A DNA stretch of 63,506 nt, the filler included, from Octopus bimaculoides (Eukaryota), in NCBI RefSeq assembly GCF_001194135.2. It is 4 parts of 4 records of this genome, joined end to end, with 100 filler letters (N's around TTAATTAATTAA, not from the genome) between each part and the next. Parts side by side here need not be neighbours in the genome. Positions count along the whole stretch, not along the records: positions 1 to 21,300 come from NC_068985.1; 3 more parts are not named here. One strand, written 5' to 3'. Below, in pieces: positions 1-12,213 of the stretch; position 1 is the first letter of the stretch, and each line of letters begins with the position of its first letter. The position numbers were made by a program, and so were the translations under genes. Under the pieces are notes generated by a model. That model saw nothing but the letters and a program-made list of their open reading frames with translations. It searched no databases and was not told the DNA's origin.

Positions 1-645
1 CAAACTCCATTCTTCACCAAGTGCCACATGTTGTAAGAGGCTCCCTGTAATAACAGTGTAGCAACACGGTGGTGCATCAGCATGGCCGCAGCTCTAAGCT
101 GAAACTTCAAAAAAAAAAATATATATATAGAGAGAGAGAGAGAGATCTCAACAATACTAAATCTCTGGGGATGCTTGTGTGTAACAGAAATATCTCAGAA
201 ATAGTATATGTATCTAATTGTTTGTACATTTATTTTCATACTTACCTTCAGCACTGTAGTACAATTTTTTGTGATATTTGGACCTCTATTTAAAAGATTA
301 AATACATTTTTTGTTTGTAATTTCTTGAGGAAAAAACATGTCTTCAGTGACGTCAATACACATATATATAATACACACACAAATATAATGAAAGTCGTGT
401 CATGTCATTCAACACAAACACACGTCCGCTATCTGTGACATATACACACACATAGTCGGCGCTCTCTCTAAGAAAAAAAACGTCGACTTTTTGACGTACA
501 TAATATTTTAATCATTTAGAAATGTTTTTAACTGAATGTGATTTCATCATCTAGAATTAGTTAATATCCGTAAAAATTTTTTATTTACTTTTGTTTTAAA
601 GTGAAAGGTGTATATACGTGTATATGAAATGGACGNNNNNNNNNN

Positions 646-701
<56 letters not shown>

Positions 702-967
702 GGGAGTGAGAGGAAGAGAGAGAGAAAAAGAAAGAGAGAGATAGAGAGAGAGAAAAAGGAGAGAGAGAAAAAACGAGATAGAAAAAAACAGAGAGAGATA
801 AAAAGAGAGTGAGTGAAGGGGTGTGTTGTCATGTATACGTACATACATCAATACATATACGTACATCTTTTTTGTATGTACGTGTGCAGGTGTGTGTGAG
901 AGAGAGACAGAGAGAGTCAGTGGGTGAATGTGCGAGTTCTCATTTATGTGTAAGTAGCACTCTCTCG

Positions 968-1022
<55 letters not shown>

Positions 1023-1239
1023 ACGTCCATTTTATATACACGTTCGGACATCTTTCACTTTAAAATAAAAGTAATGTGATTTTCAGGATAGAAAAATTCG
1101 TTACTGGAATTCATACTCCAGAATTCGCAGTATCTCATAAAGTACGACCTAACCACAATTATAACTTGATAGATAAAGGTATTTGTACATTTTCAAAAAC
1201 CCGTAATAAATCTACTTTTATATGGCATGTTGTGTAATT

Positions 1240-1545
1240 TAAGAATCAAAAAACGTTTTAGGATAACCATATTTTTTTATTCTTCGATTTTTTATTCTTA
1301 CACAACGTTTCCACCGACACTATACTATATGCACTATTACTTTTGAAGCCAAAATCACCACCTACTCCTAGCTCGTACATTACATAATATATTTTACAAT
1401 TAATAACAAAATTTCCCGACGTTTTATCTGCAGATACTACAACGTTCTTCTCATGTAACTCAGGTTTACTTAAATCTGGTTTACTTCCTGTGAAGCCGTT
1501 CATCCTTATAACACGTTTCAACGACAAACTTGTTATTCTATCATA
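1240..1545 (-). mobile_element. Penelope-like element fragment (region just upstream of RT), degenerate
   Basis: ORF 1258-1527(-) contains LHEKNVVVSADKTSGNFVINCKIYY..ELG, which resembles the L..KYVVVPADKA.N...CK.YY...EL block recalled from invertebrate PLE ORFs. Recognised by eye only. Confidence 0.55.
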
Positions 1546-1683
1546 TTTGAGACTTGACTATAAAATCGCCAATTGATTTTAAAATAACTACTTTTAATCT
1601 ATACCTACTAATCCTAAATGTTTCCCTATACGTTGTACACATTTTAATCCTTCTCAGATCCTCATTCTTAATATCTAAATTTA

Positions 1684-1880
1684 AAGCAGCGAACAGTCAC
1701 AATCGTTAGTACAGCGGCCAAAATGTTTAAGGTCATTTCGTCTGTCTTTACGTTCTGAGTTCAAATGCCTCCGACATCGATATTGCCTTTCATCCTTTCG
1801 GGGTCAATAAAATAATTACCAGTTGAGCACTGAGGCTTCCCGAAATTGCTAGCTATGTTCCAAAGCTTGAAACCAATAAT
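1684..1880 (+). mobile_element. tRNA-derived SINE, family S1 (window-internal label)
   Basis: Matches the repeat recurring across the window: ttcgtctgtctttacgttctgagttcaaat...ttgcctttcatcctttcggggtc.ataaa...accagttg. Confidence 0.75.
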
Positions 1881-2438
1881 ATCTAACTAGCATGTATAAA
1901 AATGTCTCACTTCATTATAACAGAATTCGAAATTATCACAACCACACATACCTAGATATCTGCTCCAAAAACGTATTAGGTTAACATCCGAAAAAAACGT
2001 ACTATAGTTGAATAATTTATCATCTATGTTCTGACCAAAATTATAGCTAATATGTATATTTACATGCTTAACATCGACTGGTAAAAGGCTAGCGTCCTCT
2101 TATTATGATATATATTGTTGATGCCATAAAGAATTATAAACCTCGGGAGAACGGTTTTGGCGGTTGAACTCGAAGTGAAAAAGCTATCAATAATAGTTGG
2201 AGAAAAAGGTCTATTTACGTTGTGCTTGAATCCCAACACAGCCTATGCTAATCTATTTACGTCCGAGTAACTTAATAGTTCGTCAAAAATGGTTGACATA
2301 GTAAGCACCAAACTGTAAAAACATAATTGTACCGAAATATGCGATACTCCAGAATCACCCCTGTCCAGTAACTGAAACCAATAAAAGAATAAATAAATTA
2401 TAGATATATAAAATTTTATATTTTTTCATTTATCTTAG

Positions 2439-2599
2439 ATCGGGAAAAACATATAGAAATCCACGAGTTGGCACCACCTACTTTTTCCATGGCGACATAC
2501 AATGCACAGGAAGCGAGAATAATATTACGCTGTGTCTTGGCAAATGGCAAAAAATTACAAGGAATCAGGCATCAGTTGCAGGTGTTGATTGCGAAGAAG
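2439..2599 (+). CDS. SRCR-domain protein (gene 1), exon encoding second half of SRCR domain 1
   Basis: tcttag|A...GAAG|gtaata; 161 nt, phase 2 to phase 1. Reads SGKTYRNPRVGTTYFFHGDIQCTGSENNITLCLGKWQKITRNQASVAGVDCEE, with SRCR C.G.E..I..C and GV.C motifs. Phase joins the 6392 exon. Confidence 0.85.
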
Positions 2600-3349
2600 G
2601 TAATAATACTTTTTACCATAATAATATTTTCATATGCTTTAATTCCATAGTCTATGAAATATATCTCTTCATGTTTACTAATTCCCAATAAATACTTATA
2701 AGAATATTAAAAGTAGGACGCAAATAGTGTAAACAAGGGCGCATATATGTTCTTGTGTGTGTGTGTATGTATGCATCCCTGTTTGTTTTTTTTCGTTGTT
2801 CGGAAAATGTTCGTTTTTCTATGTTTTCGTTTCTCATTGTGTTTAACTTTTTATGACACCCTGTACTCATATATGCATGTATCTATACATATAGATGTAG
2901 GTATGTACATGTATATATGGATATATGCATATATTTATATATTATTTATATTATTATATGATCGAACGCCACGCATCCTTTTCCAAGTAAGTTTTATCTT
3001 TATATATACATGTTCAAATGTTCGAAACTGCAGTCCATAGATAATTCTTTATGTATATTTCTCATTTTGTCCTGTTCTGGTGTTTTTGCGAAATTTATCT
3101 AGAGAACATTATTTTTATTTGTGGTTGGGTCGTTGATGACCTCTATCTAGCATATTGGATGTCCACCTAGTGGTCATCCCTTATACACGTGTAGCACATA
3201 TATATATATATCCAAGGTTTCAAATTTGTATATTTCAAAAAAGATAGAGACTTCCAACGCGACTGATTTTTATTCTATTTATTTAATTATTTACCATCCG
3301 ATGTCAACATTTCTGTGCTCAAACCTATCCAGCGACTGACCCATTGGAT

Positions 3350-4305
3350 GTCTGACGTTTGGCACTTCCTCGGGAATGGGTTCCATCAGAACAAATTACG
3401 AAAAAACACAAATAACGATCATGTTGGTAGAACATTAACGAGCCTTTCTTTTATTTGAGCTCCCGCTTCCCTATGCTGTGTGCTAGCTCTCCAATGTAAG
3501 CAGCTCTCTTGTTTCTGTACCGTCTCTCAGTACACCGTAAGCTATACTCTATATTCCTAACCTTGCAGTTAACCTTTGGCTTCATCCTGTATGTTATGCA
3601 ATTGTTCTCCGTACATGGGGACCTACCTAAGGAATAAGTTTTACAGATTAGGGATTTTAGGGTGGCGTCCAGGTCTTTCGACTACTTTAATCCCTAGACT
3701 AGCCTTATCTAATGCTTTTCTAAAATGGTATGCGAGTTCGCCTCCAAGGATAGCATCAACGAACATGACACTGATATTTTTTAGTTGTCATACCATGAAT
3801 TGGCCTTATCTACCTTTTTTCTTGTCCTTCCTGTGCTGTTCCAGGATTTGCTCCTGTATAACAGAAAGATCCCCTTTGCATCACTCTCTATGATGGTTCT
3901 GTACTTAGTCCTGGATCCTTTGTACACTCTAATCCTGTCCCTTTGGTTGTAGCGAGAGAACTGCATGCGGTAGATAAAGTGCTGTATATGTCATTCCAGT
4001 TCTATAGAATCCCTCATACGGGACACATTCCTCATCGCTCTCACTAAGTCTGCTATTAGAATATTTAACTTGGCGTTGTCCGCAATAGCTGCGTTCTTGT
4101 GGACCAAGTATTTAGAGGCCATAGATTTGTCATAATGGGAGTGAAGGATCTGGCCCTTACTGTTCTTGGTTTCCAGCCAGGGTTCCGCGTCTAAAACCGG
4201 TAGCCTATAGTTTGGGTGCTTGTTAAGGTAATCTATTGTTACTTTAATACACTGATGGACGGACTTAATTTAATACTCTGGAGGATGGAGTTAGGAAATT
4301 GCTAA
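3350..4305 (-). mobile_element. Penelope-like element family A, decayed RT C-terminus/thumb plus truncated GIY-YIG
   Basis: Reverse complement aligns with 13390-14170 (e.g. MQFSRYNQRDRIRVYK, gataaggccaattcatggtatgacaac, ggttaactgcaaggttaggaatata). Multiple stops and frameshifts. Confidence 0.85.
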
Positions 4306-4409
4306 TAGATTTGAACTAATACGAGTTAAAACCTTGAATGATCCATGACAAAAGAAAAAAGATGAGTTTAGTCAAACAACTCTGTGGATGCTGCAGATAT
4401 GTCGATGAT

Positions 4410-4667
4410 ACATGCATATATATATAAACAGCAGTTTGCGATGTTTCACCATAAAGGAGAATGATAATTGGCCCTAAATGTGACAAGGATGTTAGGAAAC
4501 ACCGACACTGCTAGAAATAAGAGCTAAATTGCTCTAATGCTGTAGTTAATGCAAATGAAGGAAAACATATATACTAACAGGAACCTTAATTGTCCGAAAA
4601 ATGCCGATCGAAAATTCTTAATACTGACGTCAGTTTCGCCAATTTCCGTTGCCTCATCAGTTAAGCT
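4410..4667 (-). mobile_element. ~260-bp non-coding repeat with a 5' hammerhead ribozyme (retrozyme- or PLE pLTR-like)
   Basis: Reverse complement is colinear with 45927-46196 over about 250 bp, and both copies start with an HHR. Confidence 0.75.
4617..4665 (-). ncRNA. Type I hammerhead ribozyme motif
   Basis: Minus strand: CTTAA CTGATGA GGCAA cggaaa TTGGC GAAA CTGACGTCAG T A TTAAG. Core intact, stem I 5 bp, stem II with one G-G mismatch, palindromic stem III ACTGACGTCAGT, GUA cleavage triplet. Confidence 0.75.
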
Positions 4668-4974
4668 AAATATTATTATATATATGTGTGTATATATATA
4701 CATATTATATATGTATGTATATATATAAACATATATACATACATAGATGCACACACACACACTCATATATATATTATATATACGTGTATATATATATATA
4801 TATATATGCATAGTTAGAAAATATGGTTATAATTATAAATATACCATAAACAAGTATAAAAAATGGAGGAGAAAAAGTTGTTGAATCAAAATTAGATTTA
4901 ATACCAAATTGGATTCAATACATACGCACGTTTCAAAATACAATACAAATATGTAAGAAAAAAATTATAATCAT

Positions 4975-5410
4975 AGTAATTATAATTAAATTTATGCATT
5001 GTCATTCTCATCAGTGTGAGGAAGCTATTGAATGGTTTCAATGCTTAAGTGACAAGAAGAAATCAAAATTCATCCAGTTTGGCATTGATAGTTATTATCA
5101 GTCGATTAGTCCTATTCTACTTAACAAGGCTCTTATTTTTGCAAAGAATAGGACTAACTTATCAATGAAGGAAATAAGAATTATACTTGAGGTGAGGGAG
5201 ATCATAATTCATCACTAAGGAAACTTTTGGACTAGAAAGGACATACCAGATTGCTTTAATATACCAATGGGCGCGCAAGATTCAGCCGAAGTCACAGACA
5301 TAGTCGGGATTTATTTCCTACACCTACTCCATGAAGAACTCCCAGAATTTGAAGATGGTCTCTATAGGGATGATGCTCTATTTGTACATACAGGTACTAT
5401 TCATTTTTGC
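4975..5410 (+). mobile_element. Penelope-like RT fragment, YRDD-type catalytic motif, decayed
   Basis: ORFs 4994 and 5267 give EWFQCLSDKKKSKFIQFGIDSYYQSISPILLNKAL...PMGAQDSAEVTDIVGIYFLHLL...GLYRDDAL, i.e. RT motifs 3-5 of a PLE type distinct from families A and B. Confidence 0.75.
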
Positions 5411-5482
5411 CAGCTGAGTGGACTGGAGCAACATGAAATAGTGTCTTACTCAAGGATTGTCACTTACTCAAGGATACAACGC

Positions 5483-5810
5483 ATCACCGGGAATTAAACT
5501 CACGGCCTGACGATCGTGAGCCGAATACCCTAATCACTAAGCCACGCGCCTTCACATTGAATACTATAACTAATATATNNNNNNNNNNNNNNNNNNNNNN
5601 NNNNNNNNNNNNNNNNNNNNNNATATATATATAAGACACGTTAGCGTGTGATTTGATTGGAATTTGTTCACTTTTCATGTTAGTCGACCGGCTACTCATG
5701 GGCCTCCCACTGTGGTCCATAGTAAACTCCTTTGTCAGACTCCAAATCCATTCTGAGGAAACAGATCTATGATGGACACGTCCCACTCATGACCAGCCTG
5801 CATTAGCATT
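5483..5810 (-). mobile_element. SINE fragments (tRNA-like head at 5483-5550, tail region after the gap)
   Basis: Reverse complement gtgaaggcgcgtggcttagtgattagggtattcggctcacgatcg...gagtttaattcccg has A/B-box-like spacing. Confidence 0.55.
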
Positions 5811-6019
5811 GTCTTATATTATTTAAGACGGTGGAGGTAATTTAGTTGCTATTTCATGTAAGTCCATCTACCATGAACAATTTCTATTGTTCAGCTCCGA
5901 AATCAATTAATACACTCGCGCGCGCACGTTGACGTTTTCTTAGATATTAGACAGAGATACACCGAAAAACATCTTTTTCACACACACGCACACATTCACA
6001 CAGATACATATATGCATAC

Positions 6020-6140
<121 letters not shown>

Positions 6141-6391
6141 TATAGGCACTCTCTACTTTTTTCTTTCAGAGAGGTGATTGATATCATAATCATTTTAAGC
6201 TATCAATTATTGACAGAGAGTATGACAAACGATGAAAGCAAGAGTTTACGCTCCATATATAGTTGGTTTACATTAGCATAATTGCACTAAGGATAGTTTT
6301 CAATAGGATTTAAGTCATTAGTTTCGAAGATTATTCATGATGTTTGTTATAATTATGAACAAGAATGAAATAATGTCATAAACATTTGCAG

Positions 6392-6524
6392 CACGTGTTC
6401 GAGTTATTGAAAAGAATATTTTTGGACGAGCAGAGGTGTTTTATCGTAACATTTGGGGTACCATCTGTGACGACAATTGGAATACAGCTGCGTCAAGGGT
6501 TTTCTGCAGAAGCATGGGATACAG
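6392..6524 (+). CDS. Gene 1 exon, first half of SRCR domain 2
   Basis: ttgcag|CA...ACAG|gtaata; 133 nt, phase 1 to 2. Reads (A)RVRVIEKNIFGRAEVFYRNIWGTICDDNWNTAASRVFCRSMGY, the canonical GR.EV.Y...WGTICDD.W.....VFCR.MGY pattern. Confidence 0.93.
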
Positions 6525-6664
6525 GTAATATTTTTCTTGACCTTTGTAAAATTGAGGTGGATGGTGATATTTAATTACAAGATATGACTTCAAGCTTTAC
6601 TGTTTGTGTCAATCTACACTTCACAGAAAATTAATGTGACTATTTGAATAGTTACTAAATAAAA

Positions 6665-7370
6665 TTAGGCGGTTCATTAGCAGAATCGTTTGAACGTCGG
6701 CAAAAATACTTTCTGGAGTTTGTTGTGGTTCTTTACGCTCTGATTTTTTAAAATTTTGCTGAGGTTAACTTTGCCTTTCATCCTTTCCGTATCGATAAAA
6801 TAAATTACCAGACAAGTAAAAGGCCCGATGTAATTGACTAATCGCCTCGATGTAATAAAGTACCAATAAAGTATGGGGGTGGGTAGTATGTAACCCATTC
6901 CCCTCAAATTACTGGTTTGGTGCCTAAATTAGAATTAGATATATTAGATTTTTCCGTTTACATATTTGTTTTGCAAGATTTTTTATGTGAAATCGTGTGT
7001 TGAAACAGATGTTGTTGTACTTGGGGATGGTCATATTGCCAGTTTAGCCAATAAAAACACACGCACTGTATATTTGGTGTTAATTTTTTTTTTTTTTTTT
7101 CAGCTTTATATTACATTAACCTTATTAGATTTTATTATCAAACAATTAAAAAAGATGGCAAGCTGGCACAACCGTTTGCACGCTGAACGAAATCCATAAC
7201 AGTATTCCGCCCGTCGCTACGTTCTAAGTTCAAATTGCACCGAGGTCAACTTTGCCATTCATTCGTCCGGGTTCGATAAACTAAGTACCAGTTGAACATT
7301 GGGGTCAATGTAATCGACTCATCCCAAGCAGCTCTTGTGGAATTATTTGAAATATTTATTATTAAACAAT
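6665..7370 (+). mobile_element. Two S1-family SINE copies (about 6665-6945 and 7150-7370)
   Basis: Match to the recurring S1 consensus. Confidence 0.7.
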
Positions 7371-7519
7371 TAAATACCTTACCTTCTTCGAAATATTATG
7401 TGAAAGTACTGTCGGTTAAATTAACTCCAGGCCATCATCAAATCGGACCCAGATTGATGAAATACACATATAAAATATATTTTGATAGTCACCCGCTGAA
7501 TATGGTAATCAGAAACTAT

Positions 7520-7940
7520 ACTGATTTCAAATTTTTGACACAAGGCCAGCAATTTTAGGGAAGAGGTAAATCGATTACATTGATCCCTTGATTCAACTGG
7601 CACTTTTTTTTACCAATCGCGAAAGGATGAAAAGCAAAGTCGACTCAGACGACATTGGGACTCAGAACGTAAAGACGGACGAAACGCCGCCCTGCATTTG
7701 GCCCAAAGTGCTACTGATTGCCAGCTTACCGCCATAGTCAGAAATCAAATATTGCTTTCAAATTGTGGAACAAAGCCAGCAAGCTCGGAGGCAGAGTAAG
7801 TCGATTGCATCGACCGCAGTGGTCAAGTGGTACTTATTTTATCGATCCCGAATGATGAAAAGCAAATATTTCAGAACTTAAAGACAAACGAAATGCTGTT
7901 CTGCATTTTTCCTAATGACTCAGCCAGCTTGCCGCTTTAA
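7520..7940 (-). mobile_element. Two S1-family SINE copies, reverse orientation
   Basis: gaaaggatgaaaagcaaagtcgac...actcagaacgtaaagacggacgaaa is the reverse complement of the S1 consensus, and it occurs twice. Confidence 0.7.
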
Positions 7941-8172
7941 TCAGAAATTAAATATTACTACTCAAAATTTTCTTTTTCAAAGACATGCATGCGGTTTCTA
8001 TAACCTATTTTTGTATACATAAGGTTAGTAAGTGCTCAACGAATAATTAGGCCCAGAAGTCTATTGTCCAAGAAAAAGCATTATGACTCTGCTCAATCGT
8101 TGAACCTGCTGGAAATATCACCCTTCTGTAAGTTCTTTGTTTGGTAAAATACAAGCTTCTTGTATCTTTTAG

Positions 8173-8342
8173 TGACGGGAATTTCGTGGCAAACTCATTA
8201 ACTGACGATGGAATCGGAAACATTTGGTTGGATGACGTTAATTGCAACGGTAATGAGAGACGGATAGTTGACTGTCCTCATGCAACAATTGGTGTTCACA
8301 ACTGTAGACATATCGAAGATACTGGAGTGAATTGTACAATAG
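8173..8342 (+). CDS. Gene 1 exon, second half of SRCR domain 2
   Basis: ttttag|T...ATAG|gtatag; 170 nt, phase 2 to 1. Reads SDGNFVANSLTDDGIGNIWLDDVNCNGNERRIVDCPHATIGVHNCRHIEDTGVNCTI, with the canonical IWLDDV.C.G.E..I.DC.H...G.HNC.H.ED.GV.C pattern. Confidence 0.95.
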
Positions 8343-8553
8343 GTATAGTGTAAAACTTATTGATGTTTGTCAAATACTAATGAAAGAAATTCCGATATTT
8401 TTTTCAATTTAAATATTTATGACACTTATAAATAAAACAATTATTATTGTGCTAATTTCTTTAGATTACTATTTACAATATACTGGGTTAACCGAAGCTT
8501 CATTGTTCTGCAAAAGAACGTTGAATATCTCCCCTAGTTTGGTTAATCTAGAC

Positions 8554-8814
8554 CAGTGGTTCCCTGGTGGGGGAAATGCGGGGGAGACGAGTTGAAGAAA
8601 AGTGAGGCGATCACGGGACGGTCCAAAGTGGGTGATGGATGTAAAAACAACAAAACAATGGGTTTATTAGATTAAGCTTTCTTTGTGAAATACAGTTGTT
8701 TGGAATTTACTTCAGAAAGTGGTCTATATTTGTGGTGGTGGTAGTGGTGGGGACGCTAGGAATGCGGCTTGTGTGCCAACGGGACACCAGCCGCCAAAAG
8801 TTTCGAAACCACTG
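8554..8814. mobile_element. hAT (Charlie-like) non-autonomous DNA transposon
   Basis: Ends cagtggttc... and ...gaaaccactg. Flanking 8-mers atctagac and atgaagac match at 6/8, consistent with a decayed 8-bp TSD. Confidence 0.65.
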
Positions 8815-10197
8815 ATGAAGACGATGTTTCTATATACTCTTGCTTTAATGTCTTGAATTATAGGTCGCAGAGTTTTGTTGCTATTGTTGATTAGCCCAAG
8901 CTCAGGTTACATCGAGGAGACCTGCTGGTAGCTAAGGATTTAATGCATATGTGGCTAATTTCAGTTTCAAATAGGTGCTTAAAGAATTCATTTTAAAGAC
9001 TCAAACATTTCGAATGTGAAAAAAAAAAGAAATGAAATCCTGTGATTTCTAAAGTTTTCATAACAATGTTATCAATTTACATGTTGTATTACTGATGGGG
9101 AGATGTTTATGTACTACAGAATGGGATTTAAAATACGTACTGCTCATTTATTTTTGCTAAGCTCAATTACCGAAACATTATGTAGCCCGGATACCAGTAA
9201 CAATCGAATTTCCCAATGACACAAAGATATTTCAATTACATTTCTTCTCGTACAACGTTGACATTTTCCCTGGAATCAAACAAAAGCAAATCCTCCTAGT
9301 TATTAGTGGTGACCACTGTAAAATCTGAGGTTAGTTTCAAGCTATTCAAGCGATGATATTTTAAGACATCAAATTTCACTTTATCCCTCATTGCCCCAAG
9401 AAATGACAACAGCGTTAAAATAACGAATGCCTCGTTTTCCTTAGTTAAATACCATTCAAGATTTACAGACGAACGATAGATTACAGCACTATGCTCTAAA
9501 CAGGTCAGATTTAGACGAGTTTCGATCTCAACCTGGTGCCATTAATACATCTGAAAGGAATTGACCATCACTTCTTTAAGGCATAAATGTAAAATAAATC
9601 TTTGTTGAACTAACAGTATCGTTACTGGAATTGTTTATAATCTGTCACCATACAATAAAGAGTTGAATTTTCCCGGTAGAATGGCTTCATGAAATGCTGT
9701 AGCTTAAAATCTGGAATTTGCCATGGATACTCGAATTTAATATCATCCAATTCACCGTCGATCTTTGTGAATTGAGAAAGGGTTAACTTGGTAAAAAAAT
9801 AATTGTTAATCTAACATTAATTTGTTTTAGAAGCGATGAATTTAGTCATGGACCTTTGCAATCTAAGTTGAAGAGCTGAGATCGGCTTGGCCTTTCACTC
9901 TTACAGCATCAATGATATAAATTTCATGTAATCATGTACCGTGGAGTTCCTATTGATTGCATCCTCGCTCTCACACCCTTGACTCCATTATTTCTGGATG
10001 GAGGTTTTCCTAATGTGAAGCTATTATATTTTTAAATGATAAAAGTTATTTTTAAAAACTTTATAATTGATTTTACAATTCACATTTACAGAATGTGTAT
10101 TGCTGAAACATTTTCATATGAAAGTTGAAAAATACTTGCGCTCTTGCCTTTTGATTTATTAAAATGTCGCAATGAAAATTCTTTATTTGTAATTCAG

Positions 10198-10321
10198 TGC
10201 CAAAGCGTTTCCTTTCTAATGGCCATGCCGAAGTATTCTATAACGGAGAGTGGGGAGGTATATGCGACAATAACTGGAACATATACAACACAATGATTTT
10301 CTGTCTGGAACTCGGATACAC
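10198..10321 (+). CDS. Gene 1 exon, first half of SRCR domain 3
   Basis: attcag|TG...ACAC|gtaagc; 124 nt, phase 1 to 2. Reads VPKRFLSNGHAEVFYNGEWGGICDNNWNIYNTMIFCLELGY. Confidence 0.93.
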
Positions 10322-10823
10322 GTAAGCGCTTTTACATTCTACTATATTACAAATATAACACTTGACTTATATTAGAGGTAAAATATAACCCAGGCAAAAA
10401 AATTGAGGGAAATGTTTTATATGTATATATGTAGGCATATGTATGGTTGTAGAATAAATACACACACATTGTTTAACACTACCATGTGGGCCTTGGTTGC
10501 CTTTAACAGAGTTCATTATGTGGCTAGTTTTCAGTTCAGACCCCGGGCCTCATCCAACCACGTTTCTCCAGCAGGTATTGATCTGCATATTATCAAACTG
10601 AACATCGACCACATCAATATCTCCACTCTTACAAAAATCCTAAGTATTCTCCTTACAAAAATCCTAAGTATTTTCCTTCTTTACTAACTAATAGAAAAAT
10701 AAACAGAAGGAAAGCTAAAGTTGGTTCTTAGGGTAAATAGAGGCATCTCAGTTTATTCTTTCCATATTCTTCTTCCGCGAGTTAGTAAGTTTATTTCTAT
10801 ATGTATTTCCTATTCTACATTTG

Positions 10824-11077
10824 TTGAGTTGGTGCATAATTATTGCGGCTTTTTTTTTCCAACAAATTTTATTCAACAGAAACAATAACAATATTTAACA
10901 AAAACATCTTTAAATGATGCTCTGACCGTTTGCCAAGCAAATAGGAAGCAGTAATTGAAGTAGATAGTGAATTTACTCCGGAATAATCATTTAAAGATGT
11001 TTTTGTTATATGTTTTTATTGTTTTTGTTGAATAAAATTTGTTGAAAAAAAAGCCGCAATAATTATGCACTAACCCA
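10824..11077. mobile_element. MITE with long terminal inverted repeats (Tc1/mariner-like ends)
   Basis: ttgagttggtgcataattattgcggcttttttttccaacaaattttattcaac... mirrors ...gttgaataaaatttgttgaaaaaaaagccgcaataattatgcactaaccca over about 90 bp. Confidence 0.8.
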
Positions 11078-11233
11078 TCTTTGAATCTAGTAAAAACTAA
11101 TTATCTCATTACATTATAGAAAACTATTTATTGATTTAATTCAATGAAGATTTATTTTAAGACAATAACTTATATATCTATTCTTAATATATTCTGTCAG
11201 ATTCGAACGTTAATGTCTTAATCACTTGTATGT

Positions 11234-11620
11234 GGAGGCGCAATGGCCCAGTGGTTAGGGCAGCGGACTCGCAGTCATAGGATCACTGTTTCGATTCCCA
11301 GACCGGGCGTTGTGAGTGTTTATTGAGCGAAAACACCTAAAGCTCCACGAGGCTCCGGCAGGGGATGGTAGCGAACCCTGCTGTACTGTTTCACCACAAC
11401 TTTCTCTCACTCTTCCTGTTTCTGTTGTGCTTGTAATTCAAAGGGTCAGCCTTGTCAAATTGTGTCACGCTGAATATCCCCGAGAACTACGTTAAGAGTA
11501 CACACGTGTCTGTGGAGTGCTCAGCCACTTGCACGTTAATTTCACGAGCAGGCTGTTCCGTTGATCGGATCAACTGGAACGCTTGACGTCGTAAGCGACG
11601 GAGTGCCAACAACAACAACA
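11234..11620 (+). mobile_element. Full-length tRNA-derived SINE (tRNA-Arg-like head, probably octopus OR type) with (AAC)n tail
   Basis: ggaggcgcaatggcccagtggttagggcagcggactcgc...gtttcgattcccagaccgg head, ~300-bp body, caacaacaacaaca tail. A head-only fragment lies at 12339-12362. Confidence 0.8.
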
Positions 11621-12046
11621 TTTATCATCGATATGCTTTATTACTCATAACTGAGCTTAATGAGCTTAATTCTTTGTCATTATAGTGGTGCCTCGTATGG
11701 CAGTGAGCTGGGAGAATCATTAGCTGGGAGAGTCATCAACTATGCCCCTTTCCACAAATTCCGGGCCTTGTGCCTATAGTAGAAAGGATTATAGGGATAA
11801 CTGCCACCACTATGGTAGTTATCATAGTGGTAACTACCATATATAATCATATATCAATGCATGTAACATGATCTTAATCGTGTTACATGCATTTCCAGTT
11901 AGTAAAACTCTTACACTCTGTTAGGTCGTATATGACTGTCATATATCATTACATTTCTGTTAATTTCACTATGTCTTTGGATATCTCTTAGTTTTAAAGT
12001 TACCATTATCGCGGTGGTGCAAATATAACTTTTGTACTTTTTTCAG

Positions 12047-12213
12047 ATCAGGAATAACACTAGAAAGATCGACGACAAAGTATTCAACAAAAACTTGGCT
12101 TCAGAATGTTCAATGCTTAGGACGAGAAACTTATATCGACCAATGTTCCCATTCCAACTGGATTGACCAAACTTGCCCTACAAACTCCTATGTCAGACTC
12201 AGTTGCTCATCAA
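12047..12213 (+). CDS. Gene 1 exon, second half of SRCR domain 3
   Basis: tttcag|A...TCAA|gtaatt; 167 nt, phase 2 to 1. Reads TSGITLERSTTKYSTKTWLQNVQCLGRETYIDQCSHSNWIDQTCPTNSYVRLSCSS, four Cys at SRCR spacing. Confidence 0.92.

Noticed and set aside
585-1063. Many ORF-track entries of VCVC, THTH, ERER, YIYI or X runs (here and at 6.0, 12.8, 24, 27-29, 38-40, 42-44, 47-48, 52, 54 and 57 kb)
   Set aside because: They are translations of microsatellites and N gaps, with no coding signal.
1087-1178. Open segment between tttcag and AG|gtattt (IEKFVTGIHTPEF...)
   Set aside because: It ends in phase 1 while the next real exon (2439) needs phase 2, and it has no Cys or SRCR similarity.
3345-3395. 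Hammerhead-like remnant on the minus strand at the end of PLE family A copy
   Set aside because: Both core segments are broken (CTGATGG, and CAAA instead of GAAA). At most a dead relic.
11234-11310. Possible tRNA-Arg gene
   Set aside because: It continues into a 300-bp repeat body with an (AAC)n tail, so it is a SINE head, and no proper acceptor stem closes.
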